In this document: positions 62,260-64,000 of the stretch, piece after piece
Position numbering within the stretch: the stretch's first letter is position 1
Layout: each line of letters begins with the position of its first letter
Origin: Chara braunii
Taxonomy: Eukaryota > Plantae > Charophyceae
Reading direction: 5' to 3'
DNA length: 64,000 nucleotides
Assembly: GCA_003427395.1 (NCBI GenBank)
Contig: BFEA01000033.1
Location: forward strand, 2,737,568 to 2,801,567
Program-made: the position numbers and the translations under genes
The notes under the pieces: model-generated
Seen by the model: the letters and a program-made list of their open reading frames with translations, nothing else
Told to the model about the DNA's origin: nothing
Databases searched by the model: none

Positions 62260-62870
62260 GCGCCGCACAGAAGAAACTGGATCGCTTTGAAATAGAAAAC
62301 AAGACCTTTGCTAAAGGGTGGTTGCTCGGAGGAAAAACCGGCGACATACGTCACAACACCACCTTATTCGGAACCGACGGCAGCGCATACGAGGGAGGAA
62401 GACGACAGAACAACTGTCAGAGGGCTACTTCCAACATGACAGCCACACACAGAACAGCAATCTTCAGATGATCCTGGGGAACAGCGGGGAACTGAAGTCA
62501 CCCCTATCCAACCTGGACCCCCTCCATGGTTCTTGATTTCCACTTCCAAGTCAATCTGGCAATCCCAGCAAGGTGGCGACTTAGAAGAATCTACGAAGGC
62601 ATGACCATCTGATGGTCAACCCTCCTTGATGAGAAGGAATCCATGCTGTTCAGGCCCTTCAGGGGTCCTTCAGCCTTGAAGGAAGAGAGCGTGGGCGTGG
62701 GCGCATCATCGTATGCATTTCCGACGAGCTGCCGGTAAGAAAGGAACAGGAATGATGTTTCCCAGAATGGATACGGAATATTATTGGAGGCAGGAACATT
62801 AGGTGTTTTGATGGGAAAAAGACAAAGAAAAAGGAAGAGAGAAAAAAGGAAGGAAAAAGCTTCAAAAAAG
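62260..62870 (+). mobile_element. 3' terminal fragment of the same LINE family
   Basis: KTFAKGWLLGGK matches FSKRWLLEGK and FMRDWLLQGK at the ORF2 ends of the other two copies. 3' UTR TGATGTTTCCCAGAATGGATA matches TGATGCTCCCCAGAATGGATA of the minus copy. A-rich tail follows. Confidence 0.75.
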
Positions 62871-64000
62871 AGAACACCAATGCAATCAATCAGACATTGC
62901 AACTGCCAACCTTCTTTGTCTTTCTAACCAAAAAGGCGACATGAATTGACACTGTTGCAGTTGCACTTGCACTTGAATGATTTACGAGGAGAATTCACTC
63001 TTCAGTAAAACAATCACACAGATTTATTTATTTAATATTTATTAACTTAACTTATTTTTATTTTTTAACACCAGCTGCTTTTAAATTTCAACACTCGATA
63101 ATGGACAGTGACTTTTAGATCAACAGTTAGTTGCAAAGCATCTTGGGCAAGAGAAACGGAACGTGACAGTGACTGTCTGTGCGGGGGAGGAGGAGGGGAG
63201 GATGGTGAGCACTGTGGTCGCTGCACCGTAGCCAGGAGCCTGCAAATATGGAGCATGGTACGGAGGGCCGGAGTAGTAGGGAGAGGAAAGGGGGGGGGGA
63301 GAGGAGAGGGAGGAACATTCAATTGAGGTGCCTGTAGCGGCGAGCACTGTGGTTGCTGCACCATAGCCAGGAGCCAGCAAATCTGGAGCATGGTAGGGAG
63401 GAAGGGAGGAAAGGAGTAGTAGGAATAGGGAGAAGTGGAGAACAGGAGATATGGGGTTGTAAGATGAAGGCTTCTGACATGGATTGCCATTGCACTGCCG
63501 AGTGACTTTAGCGAAGCGTAGGCACTTGTGCGATTCTGTCCGGCAACGAACTATGTAATAAGTTCCGCGGCGCTTTTCCCATTTTTTGAAGTGGAAAAAC
63601 AGCAGTCATTCAAAAAAAAAAAGAAAAAAAAAGTAGCCATACTAGCACATTGAGAAGTTAGGATGCTTCCAAGGAGAAAATACCGACGACTTCGTAATTG
63701 CTTGTTGACAGTTGTTGTCTGTTTGAGGTAGTACTGCTCCTGAATGTGCGGGTGAACGTTGCTCTGGACGTATGGGGCATGCGAATGAGATTGCAACTTG
63801 CAAATTGATCAGAGTTTTGCAGCATGCATAGGTCCTGGAGACCATCTCATGCAAGTGTGTACATGCCATGCATCGTTCTCCCACACACATCGAACAGTAG
63901 TCTGATAATAGACAAAGGTAGAGAAGATGAGAACCGAGTTTCACAGCTTATATTATCAAAAATATGAATACAAAGTGTTTCAAAGTTTCCCTGAGTCCAG

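Noticed and set aside
62239-62280. CTGATGAAG...GAAAC and similar motifs (about 23500, 25200, 42997) as additional hammerheads
   Set aside because: Stem II and GAAA spacing or stems I/III cannot be formed.
62591-62902. Minus-strand ORF as an upstream helicase exon
   Set aside because: It lacks the expected SDHL..AY..W motif, and the region is the antisense of a LINE 3' UTR.

Overview
Eukaryotic, repeat-rich genomic window with many N gaps. The gene style and the Pro-rich Ty3/Gypsy pol suggest a streptophyte alga such as Chara, but this is inference. Host genes: (1) a + strand two-coding-exon DHDDS-type cis-prenyltransferase, join(18404..18526,21153..22445), with a large Glu-rich insertion; (2) the 3' seven exons of a - strand DEAH/RHA RNA helicase (DExH4/DExH7-like) spread over 30432-61629, including one GC-AG intron; (3) a probable - strand exon of an unknown gene at 8552-8789. 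The rest is mobile DNA: a decayed chromodomain Ty3/Gypsy element, three copies of one L1/Tx1-type LINE family, tRNA-derived SINEs, Mutator-, hAT-, Tc1/mariner- and TTAA-flanked MITEs, tandem arrays and microsatellites. Two signals are not explained by the ORF track. (a) A ~200-230 bp (TA)n-associated dispersed repeat whose two copies together reconstruct a complete type III hammerhead ribozyme (retrozyme- or Penelope-like element). (b) At least five U6 snRNA retrocopies, four of them interrupted in the catalytic ACAGAGA/ISL region, one by a polyadenylated antisense U2 snRNA retrocopy.
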